64,000 nt of DNA, from NCBI GenBank assembly GCA_965224705.1, contig OZ245056.1:192001-256000 (forward strand). The letters are read 5' to 3'. A program made the position numbers and the translations under genes. This stretch comes from Spirochaetaceae bacterium. Lineage in GTDB: Bacteria; Spirochaetota; Spirochaetia; DSM-2461. Of this stretch, positions 23,257 to 32,475 are shown one piece after another. The notes beneath the pieces are model-generated. The model saw only the letters and a program-made list of their open reading frames with translations. It ran no database searches and had not been told where the DNA came from. Positions within the stretch are counted from its first letter, which is position 1, and each line of letters begins with the position of its first letter.

Positions 23257-23581
23257 GGCGCCTCTAAAAAACCCGCTTTCGGAATCTGGCGCAGAGATTT
23301 TTCACTGATACAAGGAGTCTGTCGGACTTTAAGACTTCGAGGCGATTTTTGATGATTTTTTCCTGATGCAAGGCGACAAAAACGGAGCGTAGCTGGGCTA
23401 CGTGAGTATTTTGGCAACACAGCAGCAGGTAAAAAGGGCAAAAATCGAGCCGTGAGGCGTAAGTCCGACAGACTCCAAGGCAACAGAAGCGGAGCGCAGC
23501 CGGGCTGCGTGAGCATTTTGGCAGCGCAGCAGCAGTGGTAAAGATCAAGCCAGAAACGGAATGGATGTTTTTTGAGATGCC
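23257..23581. mobile_element. MITE/REP-like element with a nested second element
   Basis: Outer ends ggcgcctctaaaaaa / ttttttgagatgcc; inverted homologue at 37321-37486; inner 23314-23476 has perfect 16-bp TIRs ggagtctgtcggactt. Confidence 0.75.
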
Positions 23582-23606
23582 CTGTAAAAACTCTGGAGAA
23601 TTCTTC

Positions 23607-23636
23607 TTGACTTCCATACTTCCCTCTCATTATACT
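23607..23636 (+). promoter_or_regulatory. Sigma70-type promoter of groES
   Basis: TTGACT-18 nt-TATACT. Confidence 0.6.
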
Positions 23637-23713
23637 CTATCCGGGTGAGGGCTGAAGCCGTACTCTACTGCTTCACCGTCGCTACTATTTATATATTTTC
23701 GTGAGGATCCCAG

Positions 23714-23983
23714 ATGACTGTCAAACCTCTGCAGGACCGTGTCCTGATTAAGGTTGAAGAGGCCGAAACCGTAACAGCCTCCGGCCTTTACATTCCCGAC
23801 ACAGCCCAGGAAAAAACCCAGACCGGTACCGTTGTTGCCATTGGAGACAACAAAGAAAAGATTACCGTAAAGGTTGGGGACAAAGTAATGTATGACAAGT
23901 ACGCAGGTACCAATGTCAGCATTGATGATGTCGACCACCTAATTGTCAAGGGCACCGATATTCTGGCTGTTGTCAGCAATTAG
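23714..23983 (+). CDS. groES: Co-chaperonin GroES (no adjacent groEL)
   Basis: [38 protein letters not shown]. Confidence 0.97.
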   Translation: MTVKPLQDRVLIKVEEAETVTASGLYIPDTAQEKTQTGTVVAIGDNKEKITVKVGDKVMYDKYAGTNVSIDDVDHLIVKGTDILAVVSN

Positions 23984-24004
23984 CTGCAATGAGGGGTCAC
24001 TTTA

Positions 24005-24165
24005 AAGGCTGCCTTCAAAAACTTATTTCTGGTATCTGAAGCAGAGGTTTTCACAGATGCAGGGTGATGAAACAAAGCACGGTACGAATGTGCGGCCATT
24101 TTGCCAACACTGCAGCAGTGAAAAGTTCAACCTGGAACCGGAATGGAAGTTTTCAGGCAGGAACC
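24005..24165. repeat. Degenerate copy of the 23257/37321 MITE-like repeat
   Basis: tctgaagcagaggttttcacagatgcaggg...attttgccaacactgcagcagtgaaaagttcaacctggaaccggaatgg aligns by eye with 23285-23570. Confidence 0.55.
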
Positions 24166-24223
24166 TGAATGAGTGCCCCTCATTTTACGCTTCCCTCCAG
24201 AACTGTTTCTGTCCCCACGGCAT

Positions 24224-25198
24224 TCACACGGTATTCTTGAGAGCTTTTACATACTGAAGACGATGGTAGTAATCCTCCATTTCATCACCTTTGAAGCTCA
24301 ATCGGCCTCGAAAATCATCAAGACTATTGAAGTTATGAGATTCCATCCAACCCATCAAGCCATTGAGTATCTTTCTCAAAACACCTGACTTGTGACGGTA
24401 GATGGCACTGCAGATCTGAATTGTCTGCCCTCCTGCCAGCAGCACTTTGACAGCTCCTTCTTCATCATAGATCCCGGTAGAAGCAGACAGTTCTATTCCA
24501 GACGTATCGGACAGGATACCAATCCAGCGAAGTACAGTTCCGAATTCCTCCGCCGACGAAAGCGAATTACCAGACTTAAACTCCAGTTTCTCAATATCGA
24601 TATCCATTCTATAAAATCGGTTAAACAGAGTAAGGGCATTGGCTCCTGCCTCCTTCAAGGCATTGGCCAGATGGGGTAGAGCTGTAAATCCTGGTCCGAT
24701 TTTCACTGCCAGAGGAATACTCACTGTTTCCCTCGCAAGCGAAACCATATTGATTAGCCTGTCTTCTATTGACTTTGCATCCGTTCCAGAATCCAGGGCA
24801 ATTGGTGAAAGATTCAGTTCAATGCCGTCAGCTCCCACACCGGCAATCCGTTCAGTATAATCCACCCACCAGCGGGGGCTGTAGCAGTTAAGGCTGGCAA
24901 TAACAGGAATATCCACCGAATTAACACTTTCTTCAACAAATTCAAGATAACGGTCGGGTTCAAGCAGCATATTCATTCTCTCAACATAATCCAGGGCTTC
25001 GGGGTGTATATTATAGTCAATCTCAACACTGGAATTGGCTCCTGCAATATCCTCTTCAAACAATGAAGTAAGAACAACCGCACCGGCCCCTGCCTTGAAT
25101 GCCTTCTTAACTCCTTTGATATTGGCCGTGAGAGGAGATGCAGAAACGATGAGAGGATTGGGAAGAGATAGACCCATGTATGTTGTCCTGATATCCAT
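24224..25198 (-). CDS. Dihydroorotate dehydrogenase-like protein
   Basis: LPNPLIVSASPL, GAGAVVLTSLFEE, PVIASLNC, IPLAVKI, LFNRFY. Confidence 0.88.
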   Translation of the reverse strand: MDIRTTYMGLSLPNPLIVSASPLTANIKGVKKAFKAGAGAVVLTSLFEEDIAGANSSVEIDYNIHPEALDYVERMNMLLEPDRYLEFVEESVNSVDIPVIASLNCYSPRWWVDYTERIAGVGADGIELNLSPIALDSGTDAKSIEDRLINMVSLARETVSIPLAVKIGPGFTALPHLANALKEAGANALTLFNRFYRMDIDIEKLEFKSGNSLSSAEEFGTVLRWIGILSDTSGIELSASTGIYDEEGAVKVLLAGGQTIQICSAIYRHKSGVLRKILNGLMGWMESHNFNSLDDFRGRLSFKGDEMEDYYHRLQYVKALKNTV

Positions 25199-25432
25199 AA
25201 GGCACTTTAACGAGATATCAGACAGTATGTCTATTACCAGTTTAGAATGATGTAGAAGTATTGAGCTGTTATATCAGGTATAAATCTTCACCTAACCGAT
25301 TTTAGATGAAACCACTTTCGTTCATGGCTGTTTGATTTTTCATTGGCATTTTAGCTGCAGCATTCCAAAAAATCTCCTTCCCATCTCAAGAAAAATCAGC
25401 TATGGTTTAGCATAGAATATCAACCCTGGAGA

Positions 25433-28426
25433 TTGAATATGCGTTTCGGAAAATGGATGGATCTGGTTTCGGGAGTTTTGACAAAGGGCCTGCTTCTTAT
25501 GATCGGCGGGCTATTTTTCTCAGGGGCGGCTTTGTTTGCCCAGAACAGGCGGGTGGCCCTGGTTATCGGTAACAGCGCCTATGAGCATGTGACGCCGCTG
25601 AATAATCCCATCAACGATGCCCAGGACATTGGGGTAACTCTGGAGAATCTGGGATTCACGGTGAGCCGGGTGCTGGATGCCAGCAAGGGCGATATTCAGC
25701 GAGCGGTGGACGAGTTCAAGGATCAGGCTTCCCAGAGAGGAACAGAGATGGCTCTGTTCTACTACTCCGGGCATGGGGTGGAATACGAGGGGATTAACTA
25801 CATTGTGCCGGTGTCGGCGGATATCAGCGACAGCTACGCCCTGATTGACCAGGCTGTTAGTCTGGAGAGGGTGGTGAACGCCATGGAACAGGGGCGTTCC
25901 GAGTTCAACATGGTGGTGCTGGATGCCTGCCGGGACAATCCCTTCTTTAAGAGCCGCGGCGGGGGCCGGGGGCTGGCGGCGATGAGCGGCGGAAGCAAGG
26001 GGAGCATGATTGTGTTCGCCACCAGTCCCGGGGATGTGGCCGCCGATGGGGTGGGGCGCAACAGTCCCTTCACCAGGGCCTTCATTGAGCACGCCGCCAC
26101 GCCGGGACTGGAGTTGAGCACGCTGATGCGGAAGGTGACCGGCACGGTGAAGGACGCAACGGGAGGGCGGCAGACCCCGTGGTTCAACGCCTCCTACAGC
26201 GGGGATATGTATCTGGGGGCGGTGGAAGAACTGACCAATGCCGCGGCCCGGGCCGGAACGGTTAACCTGGAAATAGCGGCCCTTGAGGCCGAAATCGCCC
26301 AGCGGGAAGAGGCCATCGCCGCTGCCCGCGACCGGACCGAGAGGATACGCCTGGAGGCTGAGCAGCAGCGGGCCCGTGCCGAAGAGGCGGCCCGGCGGAT
26401 GCAGGCCGAACAGCTCACCGAAATCGCCCTGAGGGCCAGGGAGGCCATTGATCAGAAAGAGGCTGACGCGGCCCTGCGCCGTCAGATGGAAGAACAGCTT
26501 GCCACCGAGAGGGTCCGCTTATCCGAGCAGGCCCAGGAGAGACGGGCCCGCCTTGAGGATCTTAAAAAAACCGGCGGCGGGGGACTTGGGGCGTGGGAGC
26601 AGCTCAAAACCATCGCCAGCCTGGTTCAGGCCGTCGCGGACATTGAGGAGCGCTTTGATGCCGCCATGGCGGCCATGGAAAAGGAGGTGGATGCCCTCTA
26701 CGACCAGCAGGCCGCGGCGGTGCGGGAGAACAACCCTAAGGAACCCTTTGAAACCCAGGAGGAATACGAGGCCCACATTGACGAACTGACTGCCGAAATA
26801 CGGGTTCGGCAAGAGGCGGAGATAGCAAAGCGGCGCGATGATCTTGGGGGCAGCCGTGAAACGGAATTAAGCGGCCTTAAGGAGCAGATGGCCCTGGCCC
26901 GGGCGGAACTGGGGCAGAGCCGCTTTGTTCTGGGGGCCGGTACCACCACGGTGACGGTGGCCCCCTTCAGTGCGGAAGACAAGAGCTTTCCCATGGAGGT
27001 GGAGGCCAGGCATGAGGAGCTGGCCTTCAGTATCCCGGTGTCCTACACGCTCAGTGGAACAAGCCGGGACGCGTTGAGAGACGAGTACTACCGGATCTAC
27101 CGTGCCGACCGTTCCGGCGGGCTGGCGGGGGAGCTTTCCTACAGGGCCTTTGAGCTGTCCCCCAACATCTGGGTTCTTCAGCCGACGGAAACCCGGGTGG
27201 TGAACCTTCTGGAAAACGACGCGGTGCTGACCGGTTCCCGCCAGTCAGGAGGGGCCATGGTGCTGAGCACGGAAAGGAAGCTGGAGAAGCTGGCGGCGGT
27301 GCTGCGTCTGGAATCGGGGGTGGCCGGGGAGGAGGCCGTGTTGAAGCTGGATGGAAAGGCCGTGGGGAAAACACCCTACACTCTGGGCGTCGATGAAACC
27401 CGGCTGGGTACGACCCGGGCAGAATTTGAGTGGCCCGATGGCCGCCGTCTGGCCTACAGCATACCCATCAACCGGGGGGTGAACGCGGCGGCAGTGGCCC
27501 TGCCGGAGAGACTGGAACGGCGGGGAATGGCGCTGTTCAGCGGCCTGCCGGTAGACACCGAGGTAGAACTGGCCGGAACCACGAAGCAGGCGGACGAAGG
27601 GCTGGCGATATTCACCCTGCCCGAAGGCCGCCACAGCTACAGCCTGTCGGGCTACTGGCTGATGAAACCGGGCAGCGGGGAGCTGGAGATTTCCAGCATG
27701 GATTCCCCGCTGGTGAACGTGGGCCTGGCGGAGGCTCAAACCTCGGTGGCCGGAGAAATCGCCCTGCCGCTGGGCGAAGATCTGCCCAAAAAGGTGGAGA
27801 TGGATGTCCGTTTTTACAGTCTGGACGGCAGGGAGGCGGCGGCGCAAGCCGAGTACAGAGACGGAGTTCTGGTGGCCCGTTTAGAGGAGGGCGAATACCA
27901 GATGGCCCTCAGCCGAAGCGACGACCCCTACCTTGCCGTGGTTAAACCGACTCAGGTTAGGGGTCAACAAAAAATCGAGGAAGGACTCACTGAATTGCCG
28001 CTTTCGGCCCGCTATAGGCTGGAGACGGCCCGGGCCAATCTAGAGCGGACGGAGAAGAAGATGGCCCGGCGCAAACCGCGCAATACTCTTGGAGGTGTGC
28101 TTCTGGGAACAGGCGTTCTGGGCTTGGGTGCGGTGGTTCTCAGTGCCCTTATGGGCGAAGAAGCCAGGGCGGCCTATGAGGGGGCATCTTCCACGGCGGG
28201 TTTAACCGCTGCACGGGGGGAATTGGAAATCTGGAACGGGGTGTTTATTGCCGGGGCCATCGCGGGGGGTGTTGGAACGGCCCTGGGCACGGGGCTTCTG
28301 GTTTTTGGTCCCAGTAAGAATGAACTCAGGGTTCAGCGCGATGAGTTCAGGGATAAGATAATTCTCTACGAGGATGAGTACCGGGGTCTTCTGTCCCAAC
28401 AGCCGCTTTACGGGAGAACGAAATGA
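25433..28426 (+). CDS. Exported caspase-family (peptidase C14) protein with coiled coil, PEGA-like segment and C-terminal TMs
   Basis: Signal-peptide-like ...ALFA|QNRRVALVIGN; catalytic YYSGHG and LDACR; NSPFT; LDGKAVGKTP; two hydrophobic C-terminal helices; visibly GC-rich. Confidence 0.88.
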   Translation: MNMRFGKWMDLVSGVLTKGLLLMIGGLFFSGAALFAQNRRVALVIGNSAYEHVTPLNNPINDAQDIGVTLENLGFTVSRVLDASKGDIQRAVDEFKDQASQRGTEMALFYYSGHGVEYEGINYIVPVSADISDSYALIDQAVSLERVVNAMEQGRSEFNMVVLDACRDNPFFKSRGGGRGLAAMSGGSKGSMIVFATSPGDVAADGVGRNSPFTRAFIEHAATPGLELSTLMRKVTGTVKDATGGRQTPWFNASYSGDMYLGAVEELTNAAARAGTVNLEIAALEAEIAQREEAIAAARDRTERIRLEAEQQRARAEEAARRMQAEQLTEIALRAREAIDQKEADAALRRQMEEQLATERVRLSEQAQERRARLEDLKKTGGGGLGAWEQLKTIASLVQAVADIEERFDAAMAAMEKEVDALYDQQAAAVRENNPKEPFETQEEYEAHIDELTAEIRVRQEAEIAKRRDDLGGSRETELSGLKEQMALARAELGQSRFVLGAGTTTVTVAPFSAEDKSFPMEVEARHEELAFSIPVSYTLSGTSRDALRDEYYRIYRADRSGGLAGELSYRAFELSPNIWVLQPTETRVVNLLENDAVLTGSRQSGGAMVLSTERKLEKLAAVLRLESGVAGEEAVLKLDGKAVGKTPYTLGVDETRLGTTRAEFEWPDGRRLAYSIPINRGVNAAAVALPERLERRGMALFSGLPVDTEVELAGTTKQADEGLAIFTLPEGRHSYSLSGYWLMKPGSGELEISSMDSPLVNVGLAEAQTSVAGEIALPLGEDLPKKVEMDVRFYSLDGREAAAQAEYRDGVLVARLEEGEYQMALSRSDDPYLAVVKPTQVRGQQKIEEGLTELPLSARYRLETARANLERTEKKMARRKPRNTLGGVLLGTGVLGLGAVVLSALMGEEARAAYEGASSTAGLTAARGELEIWNGVFIAGAIAGGVGTALGTGLLVFGPSKNELRVQRDEFRDKIILYEDEYRGLLSQQPLYGRTK

Positions 28427-29862
28427 GTGTGAGGAAATGGGTGATTCCGGTGCTGATGGCCGCGGCGGGTTTGCTGGTCTCCTGTCCCGGGGATATTTTG
28501 AAGAATCTGGATAATCCCATGGATCCGAAGGCTTCCTCCTATCAGGGTTATCATACGGTGGAGGGTGCGGATGAGGTGGAGGCGCATACGCCGACCTATG
28601 GCGGAAGTCTTGTGTTACAGCGTTTCATTATCAGCGAGGCATTAGAGGCGGAAGCCTACCACCTGCAGATAGCCTCTTCTGCGGATTTTGGGAATGCGCT
28701 TTATGATGGGGACAGCCATACCGCCAACATCATGCTGGCCGATGCGCCGCTTTCTTTGAACACCGATTACTACTGGCGGGGCCGGGCAAAGCAAGGCGGC
28801 CAGTGGGGAAAGTGGACCGATGGGTGGAAATTCACCATGACCACCATTGGCGGCCTAAGCCCCGCCGATGGGAGTTTCACCACGGACACCACGCCGACGC
28901 TGAGTTGGGATGCGGTACCGGGTGCGGCAAGTTACGAGTTACGTATAGCCGACAGCGAGTCCGGTTTAACCAGTGCATCATCGGACATTGTAACAGGCAC
29001 CACCCACACGCCGGCATCGGCCTTGACGGACGGGCAGACCTATTACTGGCAGGTGAGGGCAAAGGATGGGGCTGGACAGTTTGGGGCCTGGAGTGCGGTT
29101 CAAAGTCTGAATGTGGCGGCAGTTCCCCAGGGCTTTGTCTACGTAGTAGGCGGAACCTTCCAGATGGGCAGCACCAACAGCGATGCTGAATCGAATGAAA
29201 GCCCGGTGCACAGCGTAACGGTGAATTCGTTTTACATGGCCGAAACGGAGGTGACCTTTGATCAATACGATGCGTACTGTGCTGCTACTGGTGCTAATCA
29301 GCCTGACGATGGGGGCTTTGGTCGGGGGAACCGTCCGGTGATGAATGTGACTTGGTATGACGCAGTGAATTACTGTAATTGGCTGAGCGGGCAAGAGGGC
29401 TTAACCCCTGCCTATGAGGTAAACGGAACAGCCGTGAGCTGGAACCAGAGTGCCAATGGCTATCGATTGCCAACGGAGGCCGAGTGGGAATATGCGGCGC
29501 GGGGAGGGAGCCAGTCACAGGGATATAAGTATGCTGGGAGTAACGATGTGGATGAAGTGGGCTGGTATAAGGATAATTCCGGGAGTAAGCCCCAACCGGT
29601 GAAGGGCAAGAAGGCCAATGAACTGGGACTGTATGATATGAGCGGGAATGTATATGAGTGGTGCTGGGACTGGTATGATAATTATAGTTCTGGTTCTCAG
29701 ACCAATCCCACAGGGCCATCCAGCGGGTCGAAGAGGGTGTCGCGCGGCGGGAGCTGGGGTAGCCACGGTGTCCGTCCCCCGCAGTCGGTGTATCGTGGCC
29801 GCCTTTCGCCCGGCGATAGCCGCGACAGCCTCGGCTTCCGCCCCGTTCGGAGGACCAATTAG
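28423..29862 (+). CDS. Lipoprotein with two FN3-like modules and C-terminal FGE-sulfatase (CLec-fold) domain; probable DGR target
   Basis: Lipobox LLVSC; YYWRGRAK/YYWQVRAK repeats; FQMGS, RLPTEAEWEYAARGG, NELGLYDMSGNVYEW, RGGSW...LGFR; ATGA overlap with the caspase gene. Confidence 0.92.
   Translation: MSVRKWVIPVLMAAAGLLVSCPGDILKNLDNPMDPKASSYQGYHTVEGADEVEAHTPTYGGSLVLQRFIISEALEAEAYHLQIASSADFGNALYDGDSHTANIMLADAPLSLNTDYYWRGRAKQGGQWGKWTDGWKFTMTTIGGLSPADGSFTTDTTPTLSWDAVPGAASYELRIADSESGLTSASSDIVTGTTHTPASALTDGQTYYWQVRAKDGAGQFGAWSAVQSLNVAAVPQGFVYVVGGTFQMGSTNSDAESNESPVHSVTVNSFYMAETEVTFDQYDAYCAATGANQPDDGGFGRGNRPVMNVTWYDAVNYCNWLSGQEGLTPAYEVNGTAVSWNQSANGYRLPTEAEWEYAARGGSQSQGYKYAGSNDVDEVGWYKDNSGSKPQPVKGKKANELGLYDMSGNVYEWCWDWYDNYSSGSQTNPTGPSSGSKRVSRGGSWGSHGVRPPQSVYRGRLSPGDSRDSLGFRPVRRTN
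29731..29862 (+). other. Putative DGR variable region (VR)
   Basis: Between RGGSW and LGFR, positions usually Asn in FGE-type TRs are NNC/NNT codons (ggt agc cac; ggc cgc ctt; cgc gac agc); HRDC and RT remnants lie downstream. Confidence 0.6.
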
Positions 29863-29869
29863 CTTTTGG

Positions 29870-30098
29870 TTTTTTACCTTTCGCAGAAAAGTACCCGGTA
29901 GCATGAAGTTCGGAAAAAGCCCCGCAGGGGCAAAAAAGCGCCAACGGCGCAAAGGATGTCCCCATGCCGCAGGCAAATGCGGGACATTGCGGGCCGAGGG
30001 CCCGCTGATTTTAGGGCAGGAAGGGTAAAAAGAATGGTCAGTGCCTGATGGCATGAAGGAGGTCGGCAGGCATAAGCAGGCCCGCCGCCGAGAGGCGG
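29870..30098. promoter_or_regulatory. Cluster of GC-rich short-loop hairpins downstream of the VR
   Basis: tttc-GCA-gaaa (29879), gcccc-GCA-ggggc (29919), gcgcc-AAC-ggcgc (29938), tgcc-GCA-ggca inside atgtccc/gggacat (29956-29987), gcgggcc-GAG-ggcccgc (29989), ccgcc-GAGA-ggcgg (30085). Confidence 0.65.
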
Positions 30099-30165
30099 AA
30101 AAAATTTTTTTGGATATTCGGGATAATGCTTACAGGATTAGCTCCTTTTAAGAAGAGGCGGAGAA

Positions 30166-30625
30166 ATGCTGAATTACAGACTGTTCAGTGTGCCGGTTAA
30201 CGCGCCCCAGGACGAAATGCGGGAGTTGAACAAATTTCTAAAGCGGCCACCGCATCATGCAGGTGGATAAAACTCTGGCAACAGATGGCGGATCCAGCTT
30301 CTATGTGTTCTGCATCGCTTACGATGAAAAAAATCCCCAGCATAGCGCGAACAGCAGGAATGCTGTGGATTATAAGGAAGTTTTGAACGATGAAGATTTT
30401 GCTGTGTTCAGTAAGCTGCGGGAGCTGCGGAAGGAATGCGCCGAGCAATTCGGCAGGCCCGTGTATGCTGTGTTTACCAATGAACAGTTGGCTAAAATGG
30501 TCACTGGAAAGGTCTATAAGCCTGAGGAAATGCGGAAAATCGACGGCATAGGAGAGTCCAAGATGGCTGATTATTCAAAGCGGTTCCTGGATTTTCTCCA
30601 GTCCGTATACAGCCTGGAACCATGA
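30166..30625 (+). pseudogene. HRDC-domain DGR accessory protein, +1 frameshift at ~30241
   Basis: MLNYRLFSVPVNAPQDEMRELNKFL, one extra A, then SGHRIMQVDK...VDYKEVL...FSKLRELRKECA...PVYAVFTNEQLA...IDGIGESK. Confidence 0.82.
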
Positions 30626-30645
30626 AGCGGGCGGGAAATCTCTAT
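30622..30645 (+). pseudogene. N-terminal stub of a DGR-type reverse transcriptase (MKRAGNLY), cut by a repeat
   Basis: ATGA overlap with the HRDC stop; MKRxGNLY is a typical DGR RT start; sequence switches into the palindromic repeat at ~30646. Confidence 0.6.
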
Positions 30646-30756
30646 TTTTTAACCGCAGAGGACGCAGAAAGCGCAGAGTGTTCAAGGTAAATATTGACCA
30701 ATTTTTTATGCTATATTTCTCTGCGCAGCTCCGCGTCCTCTGCGGTTTATCCCCAG
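30646..30756 (-). repeat. Inverted, circularly permuted copy of the cgcagag palindromic unit
   Basis: Reverse complement reads ggggataaaccgcagag...aattggtcaatatttacctt-gaacactctgcg...ctctgcggttaaaaaa; arms are in swapped order relative to the array copies. Confidence 0.7.
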
Positions 30757-30868
30757 AAAGAATTATATCAAAGAGGACTGGATTTTTTTGTACTATGGAT
30801 AGGTACTATGGACTTCTCACGGAGGCACGGAGGTGGGGAACTCGGAATGCAGGGGAGGCTTGTTTCTG

Positions 30869-31147
30869 TTAGAGCTTTTTGAGCTCTTCTTCGCTTAGGC
30901 CGGTGGCCTTGATGATGATGTCAAGGGAGACTCCGGCGGCTTTGAAGTCTTTGACTGTTTGGGTTATGCCTTTCTCTATGCCTTTTTCCATGCCGTCGTT
31001 CCAGGATTCATCCAGACCGCTTAGATAATCCCTTCTCCATTTCTCTTTGGCTTCCAGCCTGTCAAGCATGGCTTGATCGGCGGTGAATGTGGTGTAGAGT
31101 TTATGGGCCTCCTGAATATACGGGTTGTCTCCCAATAGCACTCGCAT
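30869..31147 (-). CDS. Predicted intragenic small protein (RpnS-like, 92 aa)
   Basis: AAGGAGG-5 nt-ATG in frame (M197) within the Rpn gene. Confidence 0.6.
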   Translation of the reverse strand: MRVLLGDNPYIQEAHKLYTTFTADQAMLDRLEAKEKWRRDYLSGLDESWNDGMEKGIEKGITQTVKDFKAAGVSLDIIIKATGLSEEELKKL

Positions 31148-31735
31148 CTCGTCCTCCTTTAAGTAACCTTCGTACTTGAAAAAATAGCACCATCGCTCAA
31201 AGTCGCTCCTAAAAGTCAAGTTGTCTTTGTTGGGAAAGGTCATCTTCGACAGCTCCATAAACATGATGCACAGATGATCCGTCAACACCAGCTCTGGATT
31301 ATCCTTTTCCGTAATATGAAAGCAGGTGTAATACTCCTCCAACTGCGGAAAAATGGGTGTGCCAACCAGATTGATGCAAATAACCGGATTGAGCATGGTG
31401 TACACATCGGATTTCTTCAATTGGCTCTGGTAGTTCTTTGCCCAGTAGAGCAGACTGCGATTGGCAAAATACTCGCCGGTGGAAATTTGTATTTCTATGT
31501 CGATAATGCGTTTGTGACTGTCTCTTGCCTTGACATCCAGTATGGTTTCCTTGTCGTTGAAGTACTCTTTCAGGTTGTAGGGGTTAAGTATCTCGACGCT
31601 GATAACCGGACTTAATCCCTTTGGGGTTAAAAACGCATTGATGAAATTCGCCAGCAGGCTGGTGTTTTTCTCATCGCCCAGAAGGGCACGGGCAAACAAG
31701 TCAGACAGCGGATCGAACGGTCTGGTTGATTCCAT
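30869..31735 (-). CDS. Rpn family / PD-(D/E)XK nuclease-family transposase-like protein
   Basis: DPLSDLFAR.LLG, ILDVKARD, IDIEIQ, RSLLYWAKNY, MELSK, C-terminal G.EKG.EKG...ATGLSEEEL. Confidence 0.9.
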   Translation of the reverse strand: MESTRPFDPLSDLFARALLGDEKNTSLLANFINAFLTPKGLSPVISVEILNPYNLKEYFNDKETILDVKARDSHKRIIDIEIQISTGEYFANRSLLYWAKNYQSQLKKSDVYTMLNPVICINLVGTPIFPQLEEYYTCFHITEKDNPELVLTDHLCIMFMELSKMTFPNKDNLTFRSDFERWCYFFKYEGYLKEDEMRVLLGDNPYIQEAHKLYTTFTADQAMLDRLEAKEKWRRDYLSGLDESWNDGMEKGIEKGITQTVKDFKAAGVSLDIIIKATGLSEEELKKL

Positions 31736-31741
31736 GGATTT

Positions 31742-31770
31742 ACATTACGGGAGTTTTGGTGTTTATGCAA
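31742..31770 (-). promoter_or_regulatory. Promoter of the Rpn gene, probably leaderless
   Basis: TTGCAT-17 nt-TAATGT, 6 nt before the ATG; no SD. Confidence 0.55.
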
Positions 31771-31849
31771 GGGATATTTCTCACGGAGGACACGGGGGCA
31801 CGGAGGTGGGGCTGTCAAATGCCGGGGAGGCTGCGGGGGGATTTTCCTG

Positions 31850-31942
31850 TTAGCGCTTTTGGATCTCCTCTTTGCTCAGGCCGGTGGCCTTGATGATGTC
31901 AAGGAAAACTCCGGCGGCCTTGAAGTCTTTGACTGTTTGCAT
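31850..31942 (-). pseudogene. Orphan C-terminal tail of the Rpn-like genes (30 aa)
   Basis: MQTVKDFKAAGVFLDIIKATGLSKEEIQKR*. Confidence 0.75.
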
Positions 31943-32475
31943 TATGCCTTCAAATGCTGAAATAGGATCACTGTAGAAGGAATAATTGATGAAATTCTTT
32001 CGTGTTGTTCGTGTGGTTCGTTGTTTATAAAAAAAGACAGGAAGCAGATTGAAAGGACCGTTCTGGTTCTGGGACTTTTGGGCTAGGAGGATTTTTTACC
32101 GCGAAAGGCACGGAAATTTGGTGGTTTCCTTTCCAGGGTTCCTGATTAACCCGCCCCACCAGGGCAATCGTATCTCATTCTGTTCCCGATAAAATAAGAA
32201 TAATGGTTCTGGGGGATCGAAATGAGTTTTTTTGGGATGTTTCTCACGGAGGCACGGAGGTGATGGCCCGAATGTCGAGGGGCTTTCGCAGGGGGCCTTG
32301 GGGAAGTTTGGAGAGGGGTGTTTCTCTCGGAGGTGGGGAAATATATAGAGATATCCCTGTTATGTGTAAGGGAAGTATTGAATAATCTCCGTGAACTCCG
32401 TGCCTCCGTGAGAGGTTTTCGGTGGTGGAGGAGTTGCCAATGCAGGGGGCGTTTGCTGGGGGAGATTTGTTTCTG

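Noticed and set aside
23145..23630. 161-aa and 117-aa minus-strand ORFs
   Set aside because: They are translations of the nested MITE
25520..30054. Long antisense and alternate-frame ORFs over the caspase and FGE genes
   Set aside because: Expected shadows of GC-rich coding DNA; no motifs
29863..30165. DGR template repeat between target and HRDC
   Set aside because: No AAC-rich copy of the VR here, and none noticed elsewhere in the window by eye
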